DNA of 63,935 nucleotides, counting the filler, from Intoshia linei (taxonomy: Eukaryota; Animalia; Orthonectida): the NCBI GenBank assembly GCA_001642005.1. It is 10 parts of 10 records of this genome, joined end to end, with 100 filler letters (N's around TTAATTAATTAA, not from the genome) between each part and the next. Parts side by side here need not be neighbours in the genome. Positions count along the whole stretch, not along the records: positions 35,093 to 41,455 come from LWCA01001693.1; positions 41,556 to 55,491 come from LWCA01000987.1; 8 more parts are not named here. The stretch is one strand, 5' to 3'. Of this stretch, positions 39,845 to 52,818 are shown one piece after another. A program made the translations under genes and the position numbers. Under the pieces are notes generated by a model that ran no database searches, was not told where the DNA came from, and saw only the letters and a list, made by a program, of their open reading frames with translations. Numbering within the stretch: the stretch's first letter is position 1; each line of letters opens with the position of its first letter.

Positions 39845-41081
39845 AATTGGAACTCCAATAATCAATTTTGTTGGAGAGATTTGTATAGTTTTTAAATACA
39901 TGTACCAAACGTTAGAAGACAACATTGCTTCCGTGAATAAAATAGGAATTAATAAATCCAAGCTGATGAATTTAAGCAAAACAGGCAATAACTGGAATTT
40001 TGTCAATATTGATGCAAATATAAGTAACGAAGAGGTAATTTAAAATGTGGCTATAATAAGTCCAATACGGGTCATGCCCGAGTTTATGAGTAACAATATT
40101 TATAATGATCAAATTTTCATATTTAAATTTTTAATTTTTAAAAATTGTAATTTTGGGACCCATAAAAGGTGAGAATGCTACTATGAAATCTAATTTATAT
40201 AAAAGTGATTGTTAATATTTAGATTGTTATATTTGCTGAGATTAAATCAAAAATAGACATATTCTATTTCACAAATTTTGTTATATATCAAAAAAACTGC
40301 AAAGATGGTGAGTTGATGGAAGGAGTGGTGAACGTTATGTACTTTACATTTTTTAATTCATACTAATTCTCGGCATATACATTCATTGTAGATTTATTGC
40401 CAATTGTGACTGCCAAAAGGTTTTTTTGATTCAAAAGATTGATTATTGGTGAAGGGGTAAAAAGCAGAAAGTTTCATCCAAGAGTTAGGAATCTGGTCCA
40501 GAAAATATTTAATCCAATGTCAGAATTGATACCCTTTAGTCCAGAGGTGATCCTAACTCGCATAACGGTTTTCAGAAACGTGGTTGGTAAATATTTGATA
40601 CATGGTAAAAAAATTGACTGAATTAAAATGAATAGATTAGATATAAAATTTTCATTTCTACATCCATGTGGAACTGACTAAAATTTCGAAAATTGAGATG
40701 AATAGATAAAACTGACTGGATTCTCGATACTTTATAGAAATTTTACAATTTAGGTTCCCAGACTTTCAAATTTCAAACGTTCGTCGTTCCACCGTTTTAT
40801 TTTTCATATCTAAAACATTTTTAGTTATGCGTACAATTGATGATCAAAATAAATCGCTGAGAACAGGTTTTTTTGATACTTTGATTTAATAATTATGAAT
40901 TTTTAAATAAAAAACTAGATTCATTGTTGTTTTATTGTTCTTTCGAAAAGAATAACTGTGAAATGACTCAAAAATCCAATCAATTGTCTCATTGGGTTAG
41001 AAATGGGTTAAATATAGCAGACACTGTGCTATTTTGGGTGAGTCATAAAGATTCTGATGGGATATTCAATACAATGAGCAG
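39845..41081 (+). CDS. MAM-domain protein exons (end of one MAM repeat and start of the next)
   Basis: IGTPII..EICIVFKY..GNNWNFVNI|IVIFAE..TNFVI..NC, then YCSFEKNNCEMTQ...HWVR. Confidence 0.55.
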
Positions 41082-41555
41082 GTAAATATTTCAATGGTCA
41101 TACATTTTTACTAAATGTAGATCTAATGTCGGTGGTCCCCAAAAATTTTCGCATACTCTTAAAATTTAATTTTAACGAATGTTATCCAAACATAACTACA
41201 TAACTATTTTTATTAATTAATTCAATATTTCAGATAAATCTTTAGTCTACGCACCGGTACATTTTCAATAAGACCAGTAGCGATCCGCGGATCTGTATCT
41301 AGAAACCAATCCAATGTAAAAATATTGCTACATTGCATATTTCAATTTAGTTTTAATCACTAAAATTTTGTTAATAATATACTTACACTACTTTGTACTA
41401 TGTACAAACAGCACCTAGCTCTGCCGAGGGCACTCTTTTATTATACCAAAAAAATNNNNNNNNNNNNNNNNNNNNNNNNNNNNNNNNNNNNNNNNNNNNT
41501 TAATTAATTAANNNNNNNNNNNNNNNNNNNNNNNNNNNNNNNNNNNNNNNNNNNN

Positions 41556-41735
41556 CCTTAAGGGTAGGTAAAACTCGATTTTTCCATTAAAGGTTGGTAA
41601 AAGTGGGTTTTTTCATAAGAGTTTGTAAAATTGGATTTTTCCTAAAAGGTTGGTAAAACTGGAATTTTCCCTAATAGGGTTGGTAAAATAGGGATTTTTC
41701 CTAAGGGGTTTGTAAAAGTGGATTTTTAGTAAAAA
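41556..41735. repeat. Degenerate ~29-bp minisatellite (~6 units)
   Basis: Repeated aagggttggtaaaa.tggatttttcct units. A similar motif lies at 59455-59490. Confidence 0.75.
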
Positions 41736-42575
41736 TGGTTGGGTTTAAGAATATTCTCTTTATAAAATGAACATCAACTCCTGTCGGCAGGATGAATAAG
41801 AAATATAATTAAAATGCACCACAATATAAAAAACTATTGAAATAAATTTTTAACGCAGACTAGACAACAAATTCTCTAATAATACTAATTCATTAGTAAA
41901 ATTGTTTGTGCGTTGCATTTTACAATGAAATATTGCACTATAAAACACCTAGTCGAGATTTTCCTGATATTTAACTCGGTAAAAATTAATTAATATTTTC
42001 CAGTTGTATTCATTACTTTAATTCAGGGTTGCCCAATTCGTTTTTGATGCTATCAACATTGAGATTTTACAATGAATGACTCGACCAATCCAACGAACTA
42101 ATTTTAATGTTAATCTTATGAGGTAAAATTCGATAATGATTAATTTTTTTAAAAATTCTAAGTAATGGCGATCAATTAAAAAATCCAGTGCGATTGCCTT
42201 GTTGGGAATCCCTGCCTAATTGGATGTAAAAAAAATATAAGAAAAACAAGCAATGTGAACCAGGTCCGTGGAGAGCCAGCAGTAAGCCCGGACCAGATGG
42301 AAATTGTGATGGCTTATAAAACATTTTATAAAATGGGACCTATATACATTATATATTATATTTTGCTTAATCGATGGTTCATTATGTAACAATTACAAAT
42401 AACCGTTGTAAATTGCATAAAACATTTCATTATACGATAATTTTGGTATACTTAAAAATTTTCCATTACCTATTAATAAATTGAAAAAGTAGACCCCTGA
42501 TTATTGTACTCCCGGTCATATGACACCCTCTCTACGTCCATAATCTCAATGAGTATAAAATTAAAGATAAAAACT

Positions 42576-42875
42576 CTATGGAAATTAATAACTTGTCCAA
42601 CATCAACAGGCCAATTTTCTTGAATAGCAATAATATCATAATTAGAAATTTTATATTGAATTTGCCCAAATGCTACAACTGCAAATAAGGGTTCCTTTTT
42701 TTCCAAAGTGGAAGAAAACTTTTTAACATCCAAATGTTCAACTTTATCCAAAGTTTCATATGAAACTACAAAAAATCAAACAATATAAAAAGTACACTAA
42801 TTTAAATATGGCATTACATTTACGATAATTTAAATATTTCAACTGCTGCAAAAATCGACATTTAACAATTGACAT
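42576..42875 (-). CDS. MRPL21: Mitochondrial ribosomal protein L21 (bL21m), 5' exons
   Basis: Basic presequence MSIVKCRFLQQLK..., then LFAVVAFGQIQYKISNYDIIAI...VDVGQVINFHR|. Confidence 0.8.
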
Positions 42876-42922
42876 TGAACGATAATTTATTTAAAATGTA
42901 CAAAAATTTTAAATTGATAAAA

Positions 42923-43528
42923 TTAACTTTTTTCTATGACAGATGAATTTTCCGTGTACATTTGACAGAGTACTGTCTAAAAGTGAATTGAATTAAATAC
43001 ATTAATGTAATGCACTGGGTGCAACGGTACATGTTAAAAAATGCAATAAACCTTGTAATCAATGGTAGTAAAACCCCATTAAGTTTGCTTTTAAATTTTA
43101 GATTTACTCGATACTTGTTCAAAATTATAAAAAACTCAAATTCCGGTTTTACAATAAAATAAAACACCGTGGCGGTCAAATCAAGAACCTTGAACCCGAT
43201 ATGAAAAATAGATATATATTATGAAAATATACAAACCTGTCGTTTCAACATTTTCAATATCTCAGTTTGACAAGCTATAACATGATCCAATTGAGAATTG
43301 GCATAGTCATGTTTATCAACTTGGTTCAATTGTTGGGTATATTTATTTACAAAATATTGTCTAAATAATTTGTAAATGAAAAAATAGAATATTCAACTTG
43401 TGTTTAATTCAATGTAAATTTAAATCAAACTTTTAAAAACATACTTACTTAAAATTATAATCTTTAAACTGATTTGATTGCTTGATGCACGAATCAATCA
43501 AATTTTTTAATGTTTTCAACTTTGACAT
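42923..43528 (-). CDS. LYRM4: LYR motif protein 4 / ISD11, exons 43449-43528, 43237-43360, 42923-42976
   Basis: MSKLKTLKNLIDSCIKQSNQFKDYNFKQYFV...LKMLKRQ|TVLCQMYTENSSVIEKS* (85 aa). F.DYNF and LKRQ.V..QMY are ISD11 signatures. Confidence 0.8.
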
Positions 43529-43923
43529 ACCCGAATTTTCATTTATATAGAAATAAATTTATACCAATAAAGTTTGAATTTTTTTAATTTTGAAATATTT
43601 TTTATTCCATTTCATTGTTAAATGACTGGTGTAATGAGTATTAGAATTCAACAAATATATAAATTCAATTAAACATTTAACAGAAATTGGTCAAATTTTA
43701 TTAAAAAATGATTAACGATCACTGATCAAACTGACAAATTCGAAATTATCACCATGTACTCAACTTTAGTGTGAACGAAATTTAAATTTGAGCAAGTTAT
43801 ATCAATGGTAACAATTATAAAATTGATCAATTTAAAATAATTCATTATACCTCTATGGATACAATTCATCATATTGAATTTATTTTCGCTTCATATTCAA
43901 CTGTTTAAAATTTAAAATCAAAA

Positions 43924-46900
43924 ATGACCATTACGTCAGAATCTACCGCTCCACTAAAAAGTATCAAACGTGTTCAATTTGGAATACTCAGCCCAGATGA
44001 AATAGTAATTTTTATATTATAGTTTGCGTTATTTTTACATATTAATTTTTTTCAGTTTTTGAGAATCGATAGATTATGTAATTTTTAAAATTGAACGTTA
44101 ATTTTAATGTTATTTTAAATTTTACTCATGATTCATGACAAATTTTATGTATTATTTTGTTTGATTGAATGTGATTATTCTTTAGTGCAAAAATTAGAAA
44201 GTATTTTTTTCCAATTTTCTAATATTGTTGAAGTTGCCTTTTTTTGAAAAAAATGAAATTGTTAATATTGATAGGTACTTTGATATATACTAAAGTTGTA
44301 TCTAAATTTATTGCACATTATTTTGTATATATTTTGTTAATTTATATAAAGAACATTTATTTTGATATATTGAATTATTAACCAAATTACTTTAATTCAA
44401 TTTTATTTCAATTTAATTAGTTACGTGCTTCAGTTACTGAAGGTGGAATATTATATCCAGTTACAATGGAAGCTGGAAAACCAAAATTTAATGGATTGAG
44501 CGACCCGAGACAAGGTGTTATTGAACGAACCTCACGATGTCAAACATGTGCTGGAACCATGACAGAATGTACGGGACATTTTGGTCACATTAGTTTGGCT
44601 AAGCCAGTGTTCCATATTGGTTTTCTAAATAGACTTTTAAAAACTCTGAGATGTATTTGCTACCATTGTTCGAGATTGTTAGTGAATCCGGTATATTTTT
44701 AAATTATTATGTATAAAAGTAATCTCATTGCGTGGTTGTGTTTGTCTCATCCCAAATGGAAGTGCTAGTTTATATACACATTTTTTGTTTCCAAAACCAC
44801 ATTGTTAAACCCTTTATCCGTTTTCGCTTATATTTTTTTGACATTAACCCACATGTACAATTTAACGAATAAAATTTATCTGTAGTTTAATTTGTTTTAT
44901 TTTTGATAAGAATTTTACACATGCTAGCCCTTTATGAGAGAGAATGGAATTCTCAAAACTACACAAGCACCTTATGTAGATTATTAATTGTTTTTTTATG
45001 TTTATTTTTAGAGTTCCACTGCAGTTCAAAGTGTTCTGAAATTTGATTCCAAAGCTCGATTGGATGGAATGTATCAAATTTGTAAAACAAAGGTGGTATG
45101 TTCGGCTGGTTCAAAGATTGAAGATTGTGAAGGTTCTGATGATGGACAGGTTTCATTTTGGATTTTTTTGTTATCAATAGAACGGGTTGGTAAAGTTATG
45201 AATGTAGACCTCGGTGAATTACTTTGAATGTTTTATTATTTTTTTAGTCATCAAATTTCTTGCATAATGAAATAAATGCAACCTAATGTGTAAATCAAAT
45301 CAGTGTTATACATTTATTAACATTACATTCCGAGTGTGGTGATTCCAAAATTATTACATATTATAAAAAAGAGTAAATAGTAAAATCCTTTTTTTTTACT
45401 GTGAAGGGGTCATTTTGTGTGAATGAAATTTTTTGTTCATGTTAAATGGAAATAACTATTAGCAGTGATATTTTTGAAAATATTGAAATGTAATGAGTAA
45501 TTTGTTGTTTTGACGATGATTTAAAAAAAGATGGTAGTTTTTGATGTTGAAATTTATGATAACATGAATATGAAAAAACTCCAGAATTTGTATCCAGAGA
45601 TCAAAAACGCGTTTTAGCATTTTATTAACAAAAAATTTTGAAATTACAAAATGGTCAATTAAATTGTAAATGATACATAGAATCTCGAATATAAGTAAAT
45701 TCTATCAAACTGTTTTTACAGGGACCGACGCAATTTTTTACAATCAGAAACTATTGAATGTCAAATTTAAAGTGTAAATACACATCCGTGAGAGGTGGCT
45801 TTAGTTATATGATATTAATCATCGTTTTAAATAAAATTTTCTAGTCATATGGTACTATGTGATATTATGTGATTTAGATATTTTTTTTTTTTGAAATGGG
45901 GTTCGTGGATTTTTGAGTTTAAGAGCCACCCTTCTATAGTATATTCGTTCGGCTAACCTGTCGTATTTTTTATGAAAATAATTATCTAAAAATGTTCATT
46001 GGACTATATAAATATAGTAATTTATCACATTAGCAAGAATATGGTTGCGGTCGTTCATTGCCAAAATACCGTCGAAATAATATAAAAGTTACTATTGAAT
46101 GGAAAGACAAATCCGCTCAAAACGATTTTTCAAACACTGGTGAAAAAATGTCGAATTTTACTGCAGAAATGGCACTTGAAATTGTAAAAAGAATGAGCGA
46201 CGAAGACGCTGAAATTTTGGGTTATAATTTAAAATTTGCTAAACCCGAATGGCTAATTATTGTAGTATTACCAGTGCCACCTTTATCAGTAAGACCATCA
46301 GTGTTAGTAAACGGTTCTTCAAGAGGTCATGATGATTTAACCCATAAATTGGCAGACATTGTAAAGATTAACCGTCAATTAAAAACGAATGAAGAATCTG
46401 GAGCTCCACCTCATGTTATATATGACGATATGCAATTGCTACAATACCATGTGGCTACGTTAATGGATAATGAAATTCCTGGAATACCTAGAGCTGCACA
46501 AAAATCTGGACGTCCTTTAAAATCAATAAAACAAAGATTAAAGGGCAAAGAAGGTAGAATTCGAGGAAACTTGATGGGTAAAAGGGTTGATTTTTCGGCG
46601 AGAACTGTGATTACACCAGATCCATTACTTCATATTAATCAAGTTGGTGTTCCCTTATCGATTGCACAAAATATGACTTTCCCTGAAATGGTGACTCCAT
46701 TAAACGAGGCTAGGCTTACTGAATTGGTACGTAGAGGAGCAAATACTTATCCTGGCGCAAAATATATTATTAGAGAAAATGGAGATCGAATAGATCTTAG
46801 ATATCATCCGAAATCTAGTGACATTCATCTAAAACCGGGTTATATTGTTGAGAGGCACATGCAGGATGACGATTATATTGTTTTCAATAGACAGCCTACA

Positions 46901-49900
46901 CTTCATAAAATGAGTATGATGTGCCACAGAGTAAAAGTATTACCGTGGTCTACTTTTCGTTTAAATTTAAGTGTAACAACACCATATAATGCTGATTTTG
47001 ATGGTGACGAAATGAATCTTCATTTACCTCAATCCATGGAAACTCGAGCCGAAGTTGAGCAACTTGCAATGGTGTCTAGAATGATTGTGTCACCACAAGC
47101 AAATAGACCCGTTATGGGTATTGTACAAGATACTTTAACTGCTGTTTGTAAGATGACTCGGCGTGATACGTTTATAGAGTATCATGAACTAACTGATTTA
47201 TTAATGTTTCTTCCAAATTGGAATGGAAAAGTTCCTATGCCCGCTATTCTCAAACCAAAACCTTTGTGGACGGGTAAACAATTGTTTACGTTAATTATAC
47301 CTAATAGAATTAATTGCACTCGAAAGCACAGTACTCATCCTGACGAAGAAGATACTGGCCCTTATCGACACATTTCTCCTGGAGACACAAGAGTTTACAT
47401 TGTAAATGGTAAATTAATTAGTGGAATTTTGTGTAAAAAATCATTGGGTGCATCTAGTGGTTCTTTGGTTCATATCATATTTAATGAATGTGGTCACCTT
47501 GAAGCTGGTGATTTTTATACAAATGTTCAAACCGTCGTTAATAATTGGCTCATGATTGAAGGTCATTCCATTGGTATAGGAGATACGATTGCTGATCCTG
47601 ATACTTACTTGGACATTCAAAATACCATTAAAAATGCAAAAATTGATGTCATTGAAGTTATTGAAAAAGCTCATAATGATGATTTGGAACCATCGCCCGG
47701 AAATACATTACGACAAACATTCGAAAATAAGGTGAACGTAATATTGAACAATGCTCGAGACAAAACTGGAAGTAGTGCACAAAAAAGTTTATCAGAACGT
47801 AACAATTTCAAATCTATGGTGGTTGCTGGTTCAAAGGGGTCTAAAATTAATATTTCTCAAGTTATTGCATGTGTTGGTCAACAGAATGTAGAAGGAAAAC
47901 GAATTCCATTTGGTTTTAGAGAAAGAACATTGCCTCATTTTATTAAACACGATTACGGCCCTGAATCTAGAGGTTTTGTTGAAAATTCTTATTTAGCTGG
48001 ATTGACGCCCACCGAATTTTTTTTCCACGCTATGGGTGGTAGAGAAGGTTTAATTGACACAGCAGTAAAAACAGCCGAAACTGGATACATTCAACGTAGA
48101 TTAATAAAAGCGATGGAATCGGTGGCAGTTAAATATGACGCAACAGTGCGAGATCAAATGGATCATTTAATTCAATTTCGATATGGAGAAGATGGTTTAA
48201 CTGGAGAAAAAGTTGAATTTCAAAATTTAGAGAATATTAAACCTTCAAATATTAAATTTGAAAAAAAATTCAAGTTGGATCTAAACGATGAAGTCGGTTT
48301 GAGAAAAGTTTTGAATGAGGACATTGTGAACGAAATTTTAAATGATACCAAAGCCCACGGAAAAGTTGAAGCGGAATGGAAAGTTTTGTTAAATGACAGA
48401 AAACTAGCTAGGCAGATCCAAGGATGTAATAATCAAGTAGTCTTACCATGTAATTTGGCTCGCTTAATTTGGGACTCTCAGCAAATTTTTGAAATTGATA
48501 AATTAAAACATACAGACATATCCCCAATTGCAATTATAGATGATATTGTAGAATTAACCGATAGTTTGACTGTTGTGTCTGGAAATGATAATTTAAGTAT
48601 TCAGGCCAATAAAAATGCAACATTTTTAATGTCTTGTCTTATAAGGTCGACTTTTGCGGCTTGTAGAGTCATTAATGAGTACAAATTATCGATCGAAGCT
48701 TTTGAATGGATTGTCGGAGAAATAAAATCAAGATTTCAGCAAGCGTTAGTACAGCCGTGTGAAATGGTTGGAGCTTTAGCAGCACAATCGCTCGGAGAAC
48801 CAGCTACACAAATGACTCTAAACACTTTCCACTATGCCGGTGTTTCAAGCAAAAACGTCACTCTTGGTGTACCTCGTTTAAAAGAAATTATAAATGTATC
48901 AAAGTCACCAAAAACTCCGTCAGTTACTATATTTCTAGATGAAAAGTTTGCAAAGGACGCCGAAAAGGCCAAAGAAGTATTGTGTAAAATCGAGCATTGT
49001 GTTTTGAGACAACTAACCATAAATTCAACAATCTTTTACGATCCTAACCCTGAAAATTCGGTTGTTGAAGAAGACAGAGACTTTTTGTCAATCTATTACG
49101 AAATGCCTGATTTTGACGTAACCAAGATGAGTTCTTGGGTACTGAGACTTGTATTGGACCGGAAAAAAATTACTGATAAACAATTAACTATGGAAGCTAT
49201 CTCAGAAAAAATTAAATTAAATTTCGGAGATCAACTTATTTGTATTTTTAACGATGACAACGCCGAAAAGTTGATACTTAGAATTCGTATGATGGAATCA
49301 AATAAACCCGGTGACGATGACGGTGAAAACGCAAATATGGTCTCGGACGACTTCTTTTTACGATGTATTGAAAATAATATTTTAAATGAAATGACTCTTC
49401 AAGGTATCGAGGCTATTACAAAAGTGTACATGAATTTGCCTACAATGGATAACAAAAAAAAGGTTGTAATTAATAATGAGGGTGAGTATCGATCTATTCA
49501 AGAATGGATCTTGGAAACTGATGGCACGGCTCTAATGGCTTGTTTATCTCAAAGAGGGATTGATGCAAAACGTACTTATACTAACGATATTTTGGAAACA
49601 TTTGCGTGTCTCGGTATTGAAGCTGTTAGAAAGTCTATTGAAATGGAATTAAACCATGTCATTTCGTTTGACGGCAGTTATGTAAATTATAGACATTTAT
49701 CTTTACTTTGTGATGTCATGACTAATAATGGGTACGTTATGGCTATTACTAGGCATGGTATAAATCGACAAGAAAATGGATGCTTAGCGAGATGTTCTTT
49801 CGAAGAAACGGTTTTATATTATAAAAATTGTTTAATATTTTTATTAGGTCGATATTTTGTTGGACGCTGCAATGAATGCTGAATTTGATGATATGTTGGG

Positions 49901-51727
49901 TGTGTCTGAAAATGTTATGGTTGGAAAACTTGCTAAAATTGGAACTGGTGCTTTTGATTTAATTTTAAATACTGAAAAACTTAAATTCGCAATGGAAATT
50001 AGAGGAGATTCAAATAATGGTTTATTTGGTTCATATTTATTTTATTTGATTAGGTATCGTTCCATGTATTTATGAAAATGCTGATGTCGATGAAGGAGCA
50101 ATGACTCCATGGTTTATGACGAGTCAGACATCACCGGACATTATGTATCCTTCAACTGGGTATATTTTTATTTATAATAGTTTTATAAAGAAATTTTATA
50201 TATAAGGTTTTTAATTAAAGAATCCATCAAAAATACGTATTTTGAATTTTAGTTAGACATTTAGTACATTTTTTTAATAAGTCGTTATTCTTATTATTTA
50301 GAATGGTAGATGGATCGACACCAATTATTGCTGGATTTTCACCGATTGAGTCAATTCAGAGCCCAGGATGTAGTCCAGGAATGTCTCCTAGTTCGCCAAT
50401 TCAAACAGATTACCGAGGCGGAGTTTCACCAGCACCACACATGTACAAATCTCTTAGACATAAAGCTGCCAAGAAGGTTTATTGTCCAGGACATCAAAAT
50501 ACTACATATTCGCCAACTAGTCCAAGTTATTCTCCAACAAGTCCTAGTTATTCGCCGACTAGCCCAAGTTATTCTCCCACGAGCCCCAGCTATTCACCAA
50601 CGAGTCCTAGTTATTCGCCAACAAGCCCCTCGTATTCACCTACAAGCCCAAAATATTCCCCCACTAGTCCTACTTATTCTCCCACAAGTCCTACTTATTC
50701 TCCAACTAGTCCTAATTACTCTCCTACAAGCCCCAACTACTCTCCTACTAGTCCTAATTATTCTCCTACAAGCCCCAACTATTCTCCGACTAGTCCTAAT
50801 TATTCTCCTACTAGTCCTAACTATTCTCCAACTAGTCCGAATTATTCTCCAACTAGTCCTAGTTACTCCCCGACAAGTCATAATTATTCTCCTACGAGCC
50901 CAAATTTTTCGCCAAAAAGCCCATCACAAACTGATTTTACTTTGAACGGATTGGATGATTCGGGTCAAGCGACTCTTAAAGCTGGTGGTGAAACATCTTC
51001 AAACACTAGTTCTTCATTGTCTGTAAATTATTCTCCTACATATTCCCCTACGAGTCCAAATTATTCTCCTACGAGTCCTAATTATTCACCAACTAGTCCC
51101 AATTATTCTCCGACAAGCCCTAATTACTCTCCCACGAGTCCTAATTATTCTCCTACTAGTCCGACATATTCTCCGACAAACAATAATTTTTCTTCTACGA
51201 GCCCAGAAATATCACATGGATCAAATTATTCTCCAACTAGCCCCGACTATTCACCTACTAGTCCAAGCTTTTCTCTAAAGAGTCCTACATATTCTCCTAC
51301 GAGTCCAGATTATTCACCTACTAGTCCTGGTTTTTCTCCAAAGAGTCCGACATATTCACCATCAAGTTCAAATTATTCTCAAACGAGTCCAAGTTACTCT
51401 CCATCAAGTCTTAATTACTCACCTACGAGTCCGAATTATCCTCCGACTAGTCCTAATTATTCACCGACTAGTCCAAAATATACCCCATCTAGCCCTTCTT
51501 ACTCACCTAAAAGCCCATTTTCTCCGACATACCATTCTAAATTGTATGGTATGACTGAAAGTTCATCATTTTTCAAAAAATCTTACGCTTCTCCTTATAT
51601 GAAATCTTTTTCTACAAACAGTCCTAGTTTTTCATATGGCGATGATTCTGCATCTAAAGGTGAAACTGATAAAGAAAAAGAAGGCGAGACCAGTGAAGAT
51701 GTCACTTCTGATACTAATAATGTGTAA
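43924..51727 (+). CDS. POLR2A: RNA polymerase II largest subunit; exons 43924-44004, 44421-44690, 45012-45149, 46034-49810, 49848-50019, 50054-50159, 50302-51727
   Basis: [11 protein letters not shown], Zn-binding CQTC..C.GHFGH, NADFDGD active site, [16 protein letters not shown], YSPTSPx CTD. All splice phases are consistent. Confidence 0.98.
50507..51520 (+). repeat. RPB1 CTD heptad repeats in two arrays
   Basis: ~20 + ~22 YSPTSPx units separated by a 34-aa non-repeat spacer. Confidence 0.95.
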
Positions 51728-51759
51728 ATAATGTTTAATCATAAATACATAATATATTT

Positions 51760-52818
51760 TTAATAAGTTTTTGGAGAATGGATGTATGATAGACAAATTA
51801 TATTTTTATTTTTCATAACAATGGCATAAAAGGATCTATTGATAGTTAAATTAATTTTTTTTAATTTTTCTCGATTTTCATAATTCTTGTCTTGAACATT
51901 TTTTTTTTTTTCTGATTCAGCTATAGAAATGCACACTGAATGATGGATACACGTTTTTAAGTAATTTTGAACTTTATACTCGGCTATATCCATCGTTAAT
52001 ATCTCTGAAACTTCCAATGATTTAAAAATTTTTTTAAAATTTAAACTACAACTTGCATAAAATTTTGGTATTGCTAGCGTTATCTTGTATTTATCTGCCT
52101 TTTCTAAATTTTGTAAAATTTTATTAATTTTAAATGTAAATGGTTCCTTTTCATGGGGTATAACTATAATTAAATACGACTGTTTTAACTGATATTTTAA
52201 CCTAATTTGAATTGAGCCTCGACAACTTACAAAGGGCGCTTCAACAATTTGATTCAACATTACTACTTTCCTTTTATTTCCATTTACAGGGTAAAAATAA
52301 TCCTTAGTCATTTCATTTATATAGAATGGTTCAACAAATTCTGAATTGAAGCACATTGCGTTAACAATTACTAATTTTGGCTTAATGCTGTTTATTATAC
52401 TAATTTGTTGGTTAGTTTTAGAAGCTATCCATTGGTTAATTTTTTGATTTACATTTTCGTTTTCATCAAACTGATCAATTAGTTCTTTGTAGTTTATTTT
52501 AAATTTTTGGCACTGTTCAATAAAATACGGTGATAATTTTACACTTTGTGGTAAATACATTTTGTTGGCTAATTTCATACAGTTTACTTGCTGATTGTTA
52601 TCTGATTTGTACAAGTTTTTATACAGATTTACAGATTCCAAAGTATCTTGTTTTAATGTAAACTCTTTAAAAATTTTCAAACGATTTACGGAACTTGGAT
52701 TGTTCAAATACAGCAACATCATTATTGTGTTGAGATTGGCTGGAGAGTAACACTTGTCGGCATATGGGTCCATCGCCATTATTTTGTTGAATAATATATC
52801 GTAAAAACTTTGTCTCAT
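51760..52818 (-). CDS. Divergent intronless serpin, probably non-inhibitory and intracellular
   Basis: YSPANL, MKLANKMY, INQWIASKTNQQI, LVIVNAMCF..F..PF, LAIPKF, INRSF. No signal peptide; hinge is charged. Confidence 0.8.
   Translation of the reverse strand: MRQSFYDILFNKIMAMDPYADKCYSPANLNTIMMLLYLNNPSSVNRLKIFKEFTLKQDTLESVNLYKNLYKSDNNQQVNCMKLANKMYLPQSVKLSPYFIEQCQKFKINYKELIDQFDENENVNQKINQWIASKTNQQISIINSIKPKLVIVNAMCFNSEFVEPFYINEMTKDYFYPVNGNKRKVVMLNQIVEAPFVSCRGSIQIRLKYQLKQSYLIIVIPHEKEPFTFKINKILQNLEKADKYKITLAIPKFYASCSLNFKKIFKSLEVSEILTMDIAEYKVQNYLKTCIHHSVCISIAESEKKKNVQDKNYENREKLKKINLTINRSFYAIVMKNKNIICLSYIHSPKTY

Noticed and set aside
44691-46033. Apparent missing ~50 aa of the RPB1 clamp region
   Set aside because: Found as an in-phase exon at 45012-45149.
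50310-50945. Alternative-frame and antisense ORFs over the CTD (211 aa and 81 aa)
   Set aside because: Shadow frames of the heptad repeat.
50507-51520. Regular 21-nt repeats resembling a CRISPR array or satellite
   Set aside because: They are coding YSPTSPx heptads with synonymous variation and no spacers.
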